Origin: an uncultured cyanobacterium | GTDB lineage: Bacteria > Cyanobacteriota > Cyanobacteriia > PCC-6307 > Cyanobiaceae | DNA length: 64,000 nucleotides | Reading direction: 5' to 3' | Assembly: GCA_963765575.1 (NCBI GenBank) | Contig: CAVXWZ010000011.1 | Location: 160,001-224,000 of the forward strand | Program-made: the position numbers and the translations under genes | Notes under the pieces: model-generated | The model's input: only the letters and a program-made list of their open reading frames with translations | What the model was told of the DNA's origin: nothing | Database searches by the model: none | Shown here: positions 31,442 through 43,105 of the stretch, in pieces | Layout: each line of letters starts with the position of its first letter | Position numbering within the stretch: the first letter of the stretch is position 1

Positions 31442-32059
31442 GTGCCGGACACCCTCTACCGCTCGCTGGTGTGGCTCGATGTGCGCGTGGGGGTGCTGTT
31501 CAGCCTGGGGCTGCCGCTGGTGCTGCTGCTGTGGGCGACCCTGCGCCGGGAGCGCTCCTTGATGCGCCTGCTGGGCCTCTACTGGAAGGCGGCCAGCCTG
31601 CTGCTGGTGGCCACCCTGCTGCTCACCGACCGCCGCCCGGTTGCCTTCGTGCTGCTGGTGATCGCGCCCCTGCTGGTGGTGGTGAGCCTGTGGTTCTGGG
31701 TGGATCTCAACGAGGAACTGGCCGATCTGCCGCCCTGGCGGGCGTTGCCGCTCACCACCCGCATCTGGCGCTGGAGCCTCAGCCTCTGGGCCGTGTTCAG
31801 CGCCGCCTTCAGTGCCACCGCCCTGGGCTGCCTCGATGCCGGGGTGCGGGCCACGGGGCGCTGCACGGTGTGGATGGAAGCGCCGATCCAGCTGCACAGC
31901 CAGCTGGCGCGGGTCTTCGCGTTCGTGTTCGGAGGGCAGTGGACCCCGGCCGTGGCGGCCTTCGTGGGCTACCTGGGGCTGGTGGCCTACGCGGTGGGCC
32001 TGCTGCAGTGGATCCTGGTGCGTCTGCCCCGCCTGGGGCGGGTGGCCGGCGAGTTCTGA
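31442..32059 (+). CDS. DUF3177-like membrane protein
   Basis: YRSLVWLD...LWFWVDLNEEL...GRVAGEF. Confidence 0.8.
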   Translation: MPDTLYRSLVWLDVRVGVLFSLGLPLVLLLWATLRRERSLMRLLGLYWKAASLLLVATLLLTDRRPVAFVLLVIAPLLVVVSLWFWVDLNEELADLPPWRALPLTTRIWRWSLSLWAVFSAAFSATALGCLDAGVRATGRCTVWMEAPIQLHSQLARVFAFVFGGQWTPAVAAFVGYLGLVAYAVGLLQWILVRLPRLGRVAGEF

Positions 32060-32103
32060 GGCCCGGCCTGTCGCCCTGCCCACACCCCATTGCCTGAGCA
32101 CCC

Positions 32104-32412
32104 ATGACCGTCGCTGAGCTGCTGGCGAATCTGGAGGCGATCAGCCGGGAGCGGCCCGATCGGGTGCTGCGCCTGCGCGGCAGCCTGCCGGCCGGCGGCG
32201 GCCGGGAGCCGTTCGAGCTGCTGATCTTCCGGGGCTTCTCCAGCAGCGTCAGCCATCCCACCGCCTTCGATCCCGATCAACCCGCCCTGCCCGAGGAGGC
32301 GCTGGTGGAGCTGGCGGAGCTGCTGGCCGGCCCCCTCAACCCCGCCGCCGAGCAAGCTCTGGCGGCCCCCCAGCCGGCGCAGGGGTTTCTGGAGCCATCT
32401 GCCTGGCTTTGA
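32104..32412 (+). CDS. Conserved hypothetical protein
   Basis: IFRGFSSSVSHPTAFDPD. Confidence 0.75.
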   Translation: MTVAELLANLEAISRERPDRVLRLRGSLPAGGGREPFELLIFRGFSSSVSHPTAFDPDQPALPEEALVELAELLAGPLNPAAEQALAAPQPAQGFLEPSAWL

Positions 32413-32450
32413 GCCAGCAGCCTGGCTTTGAGCCGCGCTCCAGACCGGGC

Positions 32451-32963
32451 TCATGGCCCCTGGCACAAGCGGCGCCAGTGGGGGCAGAGGCTCGCCAGGG
32501 CGGCGCTGTGGGCGGCCAGGGCGTTGGGGGTGGCCAGCTCGAAATCGCTGAACGCAAAGCCGGGGGCCACCGTGCAGCCCACCAGGGCCCAGGCGCTGGT
32601 GGCCGCCGGTTCGGCGGCAAACCAGCTGCCCGCCGGCACCACGTGCTGGGGCTGCTCGCCAGCCGCCAGATCCAGGCCCAGGCGCGTGCTCCCCACGGCG
32701 CCGTCCGCCCTGAGCTCGTGGATCAGCAGTCCGCCGCCACCGTGGTGGTGCCAGGCCTCATCGGAGCGGATGCGGTGCCAGTGGGAGCATTCGCCCGCCG
32801 CCAGCAGAAACAGGATGGCGGTGCTGGCGGCCCGTGGCCCCCGGGGGGTGGGCACCTGCTCGCTGGCGCGGTAGGTCTCCCGGTAGTGGCCGCCCTCGGG
32901 ATGGGGGATCAGCGCCAGGGCCTCGATCAGCTGGGCCGCATCCGGCGCGCTGGGTTGTGCCAT
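32451..32963 (-). CDS. Cupin (DUF985 / cupin_5) protein
   Basis: PHPEGGHYRET, SHWHRIRSDEAW, GCTVAPGF. Confidence 0.9.
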   Translation of the reverse strand: MAQPSAPDAAQLIEALALIPHPEGGHYRETYRASEQVPTPRGPRAASTAILFLLAAGECSHWHRIRSDEAWHHHGGGGLLIHELRADGAVGSTRLGLDLAAGEQPQHVVPAGSWFAAEPAATSAWALVGCTVAPGFAFSDFELATPNALAAHSAALASLCPHWRRLCQGP

Positions 32964-32969
32964 GGGCCC

Positions 32970-35924
<2,955 letters not shown>

Positions 35925-35948
35925 GGGGCCGGGGGCAGCAACAACGGA

Positions 35949-36659
35949 TTATCCCGTCCGGCTCGAAGCGCCGGCGGCATCGGGCCCGTCCTCTGGCCCA
36001 TGCTCTGGCCGGTCGGCGAACTCGGCTGGGCCCGGCGGCTCCGCGCTGGCCTCGATCAGGGCATCGATCTGCGCGAACGAGCGCACCACCGCGGCGGCTT
36101 CGGTCACGTCTGCTGGCTCTGCTCTCGCCGGCTCTGCTGGCTCTGCCGGATCTGCTGGCTGAGCCCGATCCGTCGCTTCCTCGGCTGGCGCCGCTGCGAC
36201 GACGGCTTGGGCTGCAGGGGCGGCTCCGCGCTCGGGACGCACCCAGAGCTTGCCGCTGCTGCGCGGCTGGCGCCGTTGCCGCAGCCACAGCCCGGCGGCC
36301 GCGCTCCACTGGCGGGCCAGTTCCAGCAGCCGGCCGCCGGCGCTGCCCGCCTCCCCGAGGGCCTTCTGCCAGCGCTCGGCCGATCCCAGCCGGCGCTGCT
36401 CCTCGGCCGTGAGCTGCCGCCAGCGGCCCTGGCCCACCTCCACCCCCAGCCGGCCGATCAGCAGGCCGCCGCAGAGCACCCCCAGCATCGGCGCGCCGGT
36501 GAGCCGCTCGGCACTGGTCACCAGCACCAGGCCCAGCAGCAGCACCAGCGCGCCCCACACGGCATCGCGGGCGCGGCTCAGTTCAGGCAGCAGCAGGGGC
36601 AGCAGCAGCACGGCGAACCCCAGCAGCAGAGCGAGGGCTCCGCCCAGGACGGCGAGCAT
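35949..36659 (-). CDS. Ycf66-family membrane protein
   Basis: PELSRARDAVWG, three TM segments, low-complexity C-terminal tail. Confidence 0.75.
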   Translation of the reverse strand: MLAVLGGALALLLGFAVLLLPLLLPELSRARDAVWGALVLLLGLVLVTSAERLTGAPMLGVLCGGLLIGRLGVEVGQGRWRQLTAEEQRRLGSAERWQKALGEAGSAGGRLLELARQWSAAAGLWLRQRRQPRSSGKLWVRPERGAAPAAQAVVAAAPAEEATDRAQPADPAEPAEPARAEPADVTEAAAVVRSFAQIDALIEASAEPPGPAEFADRPEHGPEDGPDAAGASSRTG

Positions 36660-36722
36660 GGCCAGGGGGCGGTTCGACGCCATTCTGAGCCGTGGCGCGG
36701 CCCTGCTTACAGTCGGCGAGCT

Positions 36723-36804
36723 GCCCACCTGGCGGAATTGGTAGACGCGCTGGGTTTAGGTTCCAGTGACCTCGGTCGTGGGGGTTCAAGTCCCCCGGTG
36801 GGCA
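36723..36804 (+). tRNA. tRNA-Leu(UAG)
   Basis: GCCCACC/GGTGGGC acceptor stem, TGGCGGAATTGGTAGACG D-arm, anticodon TAG, long variable arm, GTTCAAGT. Confidence 0.96.
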
Positions 36805-36893
36805 TCGCCGGGATGGTCGCAGCTCCCGGCCCCCCTCGTGCCTTGCCTAAGTTTCGAGCCACCGTTCCCTTCCGTGGGGGTTTGTCTGCGCCC

Positions 36894-37883
36894 ATGACCC
36901 AGGCCCCGGCCGCTGCCCTCTCCCGCTCGGTCCCCAAGCAGTTCATCGATCCGCCCGGTCCCTGGAACCCCACCGTGGGCCTGTTCCTGCTGGGCTATGG
37001 CCTGGCGGGTCTGACGATCTGGGGCTGGTTTGTGGGCCAGTGGCCGCTGCTGCCGCTGCTGGTCACCGGCTTCCTGGCCCTGCACCTCGAGGGCACGGTG
37101 ATCCACGACGCCTGCCACAACGCCGCCCACCCCCACCGCTTCTGGAATGCGGTGATGGGCCATGGCGCGGCCCTGCTGCTGGGCTTCAGCTTCCCGGTGT
37201 TCACGCGGGTGCACCTGCAGCACCATGCCCATGTCAACGACCCCAAGAACGATCCCGACCACATCGTCAGCACCTTCGGGCCGCTGTGGCTGATCGCACC
37301 ACGGTTTTTTTATCACGAGCTGTTTTTCTTCCGCCGCCGCCTCTGGCGCCGCTATGAGTTGCTGGAGTGGGGGATTGCCCGGGGCATCTTCGCGGCGATC
37401 GTGATTGCCGCCGCCAAATACGACTTTTTACCCTTCGTCTTCAACTGCTGGTTTGCCCCGGCCCTGATGGTGGGGGTCACCCTGGGGCTGTTCTTCGATT
37501 ATTTGCCCCACCGGCCCTTCCAGTCCCGCAGCCGCTGGCACAACGCCAGGGTGTATCCCGGCCGCATGATGAATTGGCTGATCATGGGCCAGAACTATCA
37601 CCTGGTGCACCACCTCTGGCCGTCGATTCCCTGGTTTGAATACCGTCCCGCGTACCACGCCACCAAGCATCTTCTGGATGCCAAGGGATCGCCGCAGCGG
37701 CTGGGGTTGTTCGAATCCCGCAACGACGGTCTCAACTTCCTCTACGACATCGTGCTGGGCGTGCGCAGCCACAGCAAACGCCGCAGCAAGTTGCGTCCGA
37801 TCGCTGCCCTGATGCCCACCCGCCATGCGCGCCGGCGGGTGCTGGAACTGCTGCACCGCACGGCGGTTTCGCCGGTGCGCTGA
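36894..37883 (+). CDS. crtR: Beta-carotene hydroxylase (fatty acid desaturase-fold His boxes)
   Basis: HDACH, HLQHH, HLVHH; PKNDPDH. Confidence 0.9.
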   Translation: MTQAPAAALSRSVPKQFIDPPGPWNPTVGLFLLGYGLAGLTIWGWFVGQWPLLPLLVTGFLALHLEGTVIHDACHNAAHPHRFWNAVMGHGAALLLGFSFPVFTRVHLQHHAHVNDPKNDPDHIVSTFGPLWLIAPRFFYHELFFFRRRLWRRYELLEWGIARGIFAAIVIAAAKYDFLPFVFNCWFAPALMVGVTLGLFFDYLPHRPFQSRSRWHNARVYPGRMMNWLIMGQNYHLVHHLWPSIPWFEYRPAYHATKHLLDAKGSPQRLGLFESRNDGLNFLYDIVLGVRSHSKRRSKLRPIAALMPTRHARRRVLELLHRTAVSPVR

Positions 37884-37899
37884 GCGCCCTCACCCAGGC

Positions 37900-38193
37900 T
37901 CACTCGGCCAGGATTCTGGGCACGCGGAAGAAATCGCCTTCGCGCTGGGGCGCCAGGTTGAGCAGCTCCTCGCGCACCGGGGTGGGGTCCACCCGGTCCT
38001 CGCGGGTCACATTCACCACCTCCACGGCGCGGGTGGTGGGCGGCACGCCCTCGGTGTCCACCGCCTGGAGGTGATCCACGTAGTCGAGGATGCGCTCCAG
38101 CTGGCCCGTGTAGGCGGCGATCGTTTCCTCCGGCAGGGCCAGGCGGGCCAGGGAGGCCACCTTGCGCACGTCGTCGGCGCTGATCTTGCTCAT
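37900..38193 (-). CDS. gatC: Asp/Glu-tRNA amidotransferase subunit C
   Basis: [27 protein letters not shown]. Confidence 0.95.
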   Translation of the reverse strand: MSKISADDVRKVASLARLALPEETIAAYTGQLERILDYVDHLQAVDTEGVPPTTRAVEVVNVTREDRVDPTPVREELLNLAPQREGDFFRVPRILAE

Positions 38194-38265
38194 CGGGCTG
38201 GAGTGGGCGTTGGAACGACGCTAGCTCCCGCTCCAGCGGCTCCTGTGGCCCCGGCCCGGAGGGGC

Positions 38266-39107
38266 TCAGTCGTCTGCCGCCAGGAAGGTCTGCAGATCCG
38301 CCGTCAGGGCCTCGGCGGCCAGCTCCAGCAGGGCCTGGCCGTGGTCGGCCGCGGCCAGGTAGGGATCGGAGCCCATGCGGCCGTCGGGGTGGCGGCGGCG
38401 GAAGTCGTCGGGGCCGTGGATGGGGCCGGCCGGCGCCGCTTCGGGCAGGGGTCGCTGCTTGCTGATCAGGCTGGGCTCGAGGTGCAGGGTGAGGGCGATC
38501 TCACTGGGGGTGGCGTGCTGGCCTTCGCGGTCGCCGTAGAGCTCCCGGGCCTTGCGCATCACCGCCGGCGCCATGAACCAGTTGGCCAGCTTGCAGCGCA
38601 GCCGCGGCGCCACCGGCAGACCGCGGGCGGCGGCGGTGGTGTAGGCCTGGGCGAAGGCGGCCTTGCCGGTGGCGATGTTGCCGCCGTGGCCGTTGATCAC
38701 GTAGATGCGCTCGAAGCCGTGGCCTGCCAGGGAGAGCACCACGTCGTGGAGCACGGCCATCAGGGTGCTGGGCTGCAGGCTCACGGTGCCTGGAAAGCCC
38801 AGATGGTGTTCGGCCATGCCGAAGGCCTGGGCGGGGGTGACCAGCACCCCGCTGCGGCGGCCCACCTCCAGGGCCACCGCTTCGGCGGTGAGGGCATCGG
38901 TGCCGATGGCGCCGGTGGGGCCGTGCTGCTCGGTGGAGCCCAGGGGCACGATCACGCCGCGGCAGTGCTGCAGATAGGCCTCCACCTCCGGCCAGCTGCG
39001 CAGTTGCAGGCGGATCGCCTCGCTGCCGGCGCTCTGCGGGTCAGCGGCGCTGGTGGCGGCGCTGGCGCGCTGGCAGTGGCGCTGGCAGTGGCGGCGGTCT
39101 CGGGCAT
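38266..39107 (-). CDS. Creatininase/creatinine amidohydrolase family protein; apparent 1-bp deletion in the Ala/Ser repeat near 39066
   Basis: PLGSTEQHGP, NGHGGN, HATPSE; the ATG at 39107 is one base out of frame with EAIRLQLRSWPEVEAY. Confidence 0.88.
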
Positions 39108-39208
39108 GGCGGTGGTGAGGGGGGCCGGCGAGGCTGAAGCGATCAGGATGAACAGCAGCGGGTCCTGGGCTGCCTAGGATTGGCGGGCGAGCTCAGTCCG
39201 TGGTGCCC

Positions 39209-39499
39209 ATGCTGCATCGCAAGCTCTATCAATTCTGCGCCGAGCGCCGCCCGGTGTGGGTGTTCCTGCGCGACCAGCAGCGCTGGATCGAAGAGGCCCT
39301 GGTGGTGGAGATCGACGGCGATCTGGTCACCCTGCGCTACGACGCCGCCGACGAGGACGAATCCCACAGCTGGGAGGAGAGCGTGCGGCTCGATTCGATC
39401 GGTGCGGTCAGCACCCGCTTGGCGTATGTGAGCTGCGCCCCGGGCGAGGAACTGCCCACCGCCGACGACTGCCCCGAGGCCGAGCGTCTCAGCGGCTGA
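39209..39499 (+). CDS. Conserved cyanobacterial hypothetical protein
   Basis: MLHRKLYQ...FLRDQQRWIE...SWEESVRLDSIGAV. Confidence 0.75.
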   Translation: MLHRKLYQFCAERRPVWVFLRDQQRWIEEALVVEIDGDLVTLRYDAADEDESHSWEESVRLDSIGAVSTRLAYVSCAPGEELPTADDCPEAERLSG

Positions 39500-39534
39500 G
39501 CCAAGCTCCGTGGGCGGATCTCCGTGGGCGGATC

Positions 39535-39690
39535 TCAGTGGGCGGTGCCGTTGCCGTCGTAGGCGTCGGTGTCGTAGTAGCCGCCCTTGGTGCCGAAGAA
39601 CAGCGTGCTCAGGCAGAACAGACCGCTCACGGCCAGCAGCAGGGTGCCGAGGTTGAAGCCGGAAGCCGCGGTGGCGGCGGAGCTGTCCAT
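39535..39690 (-). CDS. ndhP: NDH-1 complex small subunit NdhP
   Basis: Single TM helix followed by [21 protein letters not shown]. Confidence 0.85.
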   Translation of the reverse strand: MDSSAATAASGFNLGTLLLAVSGLFCLSTLFFGTKGGYYDTDAYDGNGTAH

Positions 39691-39700
39691 GGTGGCGGCT

Positions 39701-40321
39701 GTGCAGGAGTTGAGCTCCATTGTGCTGCCTGCCGCCTTCTTTGCGCGCCCGGCCGAGCAGGTGGCCCCCGAGCTGGTGGGTTGCCTGCTGGTGCGCCGCC
39801 AGGCCGATGGCGCGCGGCTGTGGGGCGTGATCGTGGAGACGGAGGCCTACTGCCAGAGCGAGCCGGCCTGCCACGGCCATCGCCGCCGCTCGCCCAGCAA
39901 CGCCACCCTGTTCGGTGCGCCCGGCCGCTTCTACGTGTACCTCACCTACGGGGTGCACCACTGCGTGAATGTGGTCACGGGCCGGCCCGACTGGGCCAAT
40001 GGGGTGCTGCTGCGGGCCGCCGAGCTGCCGGGCGAGCCGGAGCGCTGCGCGGCGGGTCCGGGGCTGCTGGCCCGGCGTTTCGGCATCGATCGCCGCCACG
40101 ACGACACGCCGCTGGATCGCGAGCGGGGGCTGTGGCTGGCGCCGCGCCCCGCGGCTCTGGCCGTGGCCGCCGCCGACCTGGTGCAGACCCAGCGCATCGG
40201 CATCGCCCAGGGGCAGGAGCTGCCCTGGCGCTGGTATCTGCGCCGCAGCCGCGCCGTGAGCCGCCGCGCCGCCGGTGATCGGCTGCCAGCGCGGCGGCCT
40301 GCGCAGGGACCCCTAGGTTGA
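39701..40321 (+). CDS. 3-methyladenine DNA glycosylase (MPG family)
   Basis: [34 protein letters not shown]; start uncertain (39701, 39710 or 39722). Confidence 0.9.
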   Translation: MQELSSIVLPAAFFARPAEQVAPELVGCLLVRRQADGARLWGVIVETEAYCQSEPACHGHRRRSPSNATLFGAPGRFYVYLTYGVHHCVNVVTGRPDWANGVLLRAAELPGEPERCAAGPGLLARRFGIDRRHDDTPLDRERGLWLAPRPAALAVAAADLVQTQRIGIAQGQELPWRWYLRRSRAVSRRAAGDRLPARRPAQGPLG

Positions 40322-40340
40322 GGGGGCCAGACGGGGCCGG

Positions 40341-41360
40341 GTGTTGAGCGGCTGGGTGCACCGCCATGTGATCGATCTGTCGACCTTTTCGACCGACGAT
40401 TTCGCCACCGTGCTGGAGCTGGCCCAGCGCTTCCGCAGCCTGCCGGTGCTGGGGGCCCGCAAGCTGCCGGCGCTGCAGGGGCGGCTGATGACCACCCTGT
40501 TCTTCGAGACCAGCACCCGCACCCGCAGCAGCTTCGAGCTCGCCGCCCGCCGGCTCTCGGCCGATGTGCAGAGCTTCGCCCCGGGCTCCAGCTCCCTGGC
40601 CAAGGGCGAGAGCCTGCTCGACACCGCCCGCACCTACGTGGCCATGGGCGCCAATGTGCTGGTGGTGCGCCACGGCTGCGCCGGCGTGCCCCAGCTCCTG
40701 GCCGACGACCTCGACCGCGGCGCCGAGCGGGTGGCGGTGCTCAACGCCGGCGACGGCCTGCACAGCCATCCCAGCCAGGGCCTGCTCGACCTGTTCACCC
40801 TGGCCCGCCACTTCTGCCCCGAGGCGCCCACGCCGGCGGCGCTGCGGGGCCGCCGCATCGTGATCGTGGGCGACGTGCTGCACTCCCGCGTCGCCCGCTC
40901 CAACCTCTGGGCCCTCACCGCCTGCGGCGCCGAGGTGGTGCTCTGCGGGCCGCCCACCCTGCTGCCCGACTGCTTCGCCGACTTCGTGGCCGCGCCGCCC
41001 CCGGGCCAGGCCCACGATCCGGTGCCCGATCGCGGCCCGGTGCGGCTGGTGCGCCGGCTGGAGCAGGCCCTGCCCGGCGCCGATGCGGTGATGACGCTGC
41101 GCTTGCAGAAGGAGCGCATGCACCAGCACCTGCTCACCAGCCTGGAGAGCTACCACCGCAGCTACGGCCTCAGCCACGAGCGCCTGGCCCTCTGCGGCCG
41201 GCCGCTGCCGGTGCTGCATCCGGGGCCGGTGAACCGGGGGGTGGAGCTGGCCGGGGCGCTGCTCGACGATCCCGCCTACAGCCTGGTGGAGGAGCAGGTG
41301 CGCAACGGCATCCCGGTGCGCATGGCCCTGCTCTACCTGCTTGCCGCCACTGAGGGCTAA
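40341..41360 (+). CDS. pyrB: Aspartate carbamoyltransferase catalytic subunit
   Basis: [34 protein letters not shown]. Confidence 0.97.
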   Translation: MLSGWVHRHVIDLSTFSTDDFATVLELAQRFRSLPVLGARKLPALQGRLMTTLFFETSTRTRSSFELAARRLSADVQSFAPGSSSLAKGESLLDTARTYVAMGANVLVVRHGCAGVPQLLADDLDRGAERVAVLNAGDGLHSHPSQGLLDLFTLARHFCPEAPTPAALRGRRIVIVGDVLHSRVARSNLWALTACGAEVVLCGPPTLLPDCFADFVAAPPPGQAHDPVPDRGPVRLVRRLEQALPGADAVMTLRLQKERMHQHLLTSLESYHRSYGLSHERLALCGRPLPVLHPGPVNRGVELAGALLDDPAYSLVEEQVRNGIPVRMALLYLLAATEG

Positions 41361-41368
41361 AGGGAGAA

Positions 41369-41740
41369 CTAGAGCAGCTTGAAGCCGTCGAGCAGCAGGC
41401 CGTAGAGCAGGCCGATGCGGGCCATGTCCAGCAGCTGCAGCGGCAGGGGGTCGCCGCTGCGGCGGCGCAGGGGCCGGCGGGCGCGCACCGCCAGCTCGAG
41501 CGCCAGCACGCAGAGCAGGGCGCCCACCGGATCGCTCTGGCCGAGCTGGCCGCCGATCGAGGCCACCACGCCGCCGATCGAGAAGCTCACCAGCAGCACG
41601 ATCAGTTGCAGCGAGGCCCGGCGCCAGGGGTTGCGGGCCCAGGCCACCAGCCGCTGGCCGGCCTCCACCAGGCTGCGTTGAAAGCGCGTCTGCTGCAGGG
41701 GGCCGGTGCCGGCCGGGGAGGCCTGGAGCGGGGATCGCAT
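41369..41740 (-). CDS. DUF565 / Ycf20-like membrane protein
   Basis: LQQTR, NPWRR, RIGLLYGLLLDGFKL. Confidence 0.85.
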   Translation of the reverse strand: MRSPLQASPAGTGPLQQTRFQRSLVEAGQRLVAWARNPWRRASLQLIVLLVSFSIGGVVASIGGQLGQSDPVGALLCVLALELAVRARRPLRRRSGDPLPLQLLDMARIGLLYGLLLDGFKLL

Positions 41741-41744
41741 CTTC

Positions 41745-41835
41745 GAAAACCCCCGTCGCGGGGACGGGGGCGGAGGAAGGAGGTGGCAGGGTCAGGAAGT
41801 GGTGATCCCCATCACCCGGCCAAGCCCTGCCAAAC
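41745..41835 (-). ncRNA. Putative ~90-nt small RNA (RNA-B) with its own terminator
   Basis: Minus strand: 8-bp helix UGGCAGGG/CCCUGCCA enclosing hairpin GGUGAU-GGGG-AUCACC, then CCUCCUUCCUCC, then terminator CCCCCGUC-cccgc-GACGGGGG-UUUU; 5' end estimated. Confidence 0.6.
41746..41770 (-). terminator. Intrinsic terminator of RNA-B
   Basis: 8-bp GC stem plus T4 on the minus strand. Confidence 0.8.
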
Positions 41836-41898
41836 CCTGTCTACACCATCTCTTGGGTGTTGCCAGTGTTGATCCGCTACTGATAGGGGATGGCAATC

Positions 41899-41929
41899 AA
41901 AAAGGCCCGGAACCTGAGAGGCCCGGGCC
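41899..41929 (-). terminator. Intrinsic terminator
   Basis: Minus strand GGCCCGG-gcctctcaggtt-CCGGGCC-TTTTT. Confidence 0.8.
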
Positions 41930-41950
41930 GGGTGATGGGGACTCACTTAC
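41899..41950 (-). ncRNA. Putative very short RNA or 3'-UTR element (RNA-A) complementary to RNA-B
   Basis: UCCCCAUCACCCGGCC running into the terminator; 5' end unknown. Confidence 0.45.
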
Positions 41951-42038
41951 ACAAGCGGCCCCGGGCAGCTGGGGCAATGGCTGCGGGACGTTTGCGGGAG
42001 CGTCCCCCTGTGGTCTTGACGGCGGCGCCGCTGGCTGC

Positions 42039-42236
42039 TCAGCTGCTGCTCTCTTTCTTGCGGCTGGATTTGCCCTCCAGCAGTTCCAGCAGGGCCTCCA
42101 TCTGGGCCAGCACGCCGCGCACCTCGCCGGCCTCGGGCAGGAGTCCGTCCTCCATCACGCCCTGGTGCATTTCGCGGAGTTCCTGGCGGATGTAGCGCAG
42201 GTGGCTCACCACCTGTTCACGCTTGGACTGCGACAT
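42039..42236 (-). CDS. Small conserved hypothetical protein (65 aa)
   Basis: MSQSKREQVVSHLRYIRQELREMHQGVMEDGLLPE..., host-like codon usage. Confidence 0.8.
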   Translation of the reverse strand: MSQSKREQVVSHLRYIRQELREMHQGVMEDGLLPEAGEVRGVLAQMEALLELLEGKSSRKKESSS

Positions 42237-42322
42237 GAATCGGGCTGGGCGGCGATTCCCTTTTACAGCATGGCCTGACGGACCGGGTTCGCCCGTCAAG
42301 AGCTGATAGGTCCTGCGGCGCC

Positions 42323-43081
42323 ATGAGGCCGATAGCAATCCGCTTGTCCCTTTGTCGGTCCCTGCGCCTGGAACTGCTCCGCCGCGCCGCCCGGCCGCTC
42401 GCCCACGGCCTGGGGCTGGGCCTGCTGGCGGGCGGCGTGGTGCTGGGCGCGCAGGGGGCGGCGCAGGCGCTGCAGTATGTGTTTACGGTGGACCGGTGAA
42501 CGGATCCGGGCTTGCAGCTGAGTTTTGATCGCGACCAGATTCGTTTGGACAGGCCCTGAAGGAACCGGACAAGTTACGGGCAGCTTTGATCTCACTGGTG
42601 GAAATCTGACGCTTACTGATGATATCCAGTTACAGTGCTCACCAGCACATGCTGGCAACACTGTCAGCCAAGCTTTTTCGCCACTGGCTATTACGACACA
42701 GGCAATAATACACTCTACTTTGGTGTAACATCTGGCGACTGCCCGTGTGGAGTACTGATTTCGCCGACCTTGCCTAGAATTGAGACTTGTCTGATGCAGG
42801 TCTCGGCAATCGATACCCGGCGAGCCCATTGCCTTTGCTGCCGGCACAGGATGCCCTCGGCGATTACTTCAATTCTGACAACGATCGGCTCTTTTTCGGT
42901 CGTAGTCGTGATACTAACCGTCGACGATCTCACCTTGACCAGTGGTCATCTCCGTCAGGTTCCTGCTCCCCTTTCAGCCCTGGCGCTCCTGCCCCTCGCC
43001 GGCCTGAAGCGCTACCGCCGTCGCGTCCAGCGCCTCAGTCAGGCCCGCAGCGCGTCCAGTTCCACCGCGGAGCTTGGCTGA
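42323..43081 (+). pseudogene. Secreted VPAP (PEP-CTERM-like) surface protein broken by several frameshifts
   Basis: ATG 42323: ...GLGLLAGGVVLGAQGAAQA/LQYVFTVD then stop; protein-like pieces in different frames (FVWTGPEGTGQVTGSFDLTGG; SFFATGYYDTGNNTLYFG; GDYFNSDNDRLFFG); tail VPAPLSALALLPLAGLKRYRRRVQRL. Confidence 0.7.
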
Positions 43082-43105
43082 TCGCTACGGAGTTGGGGGC
43101 TGGCA

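Noticed and set aside
36723..36893. tRNA-Leu as an integration site
   Set aside because: It is followed directly by core crtR, with no foreign DNA, integrase or duplicated 3' end.
41931..41945. ggtgatggggactc resembles the tRNA-Ala 3' flank (ggtgatggagaataggggactc), a possible att site for the TA island
   Set aside because: The match is short and gapped, is better explained by the 16-nt complementary motif, and a host-like gene lies between it and the island.
42323..43081. Diversity-generating retroelement as the source of the variable VPAP-protein core
   Set aside because: No reverse transcriptase and no template/variable repeat pair in the window, and the changes are indels rather than adenine-specific substitutions.
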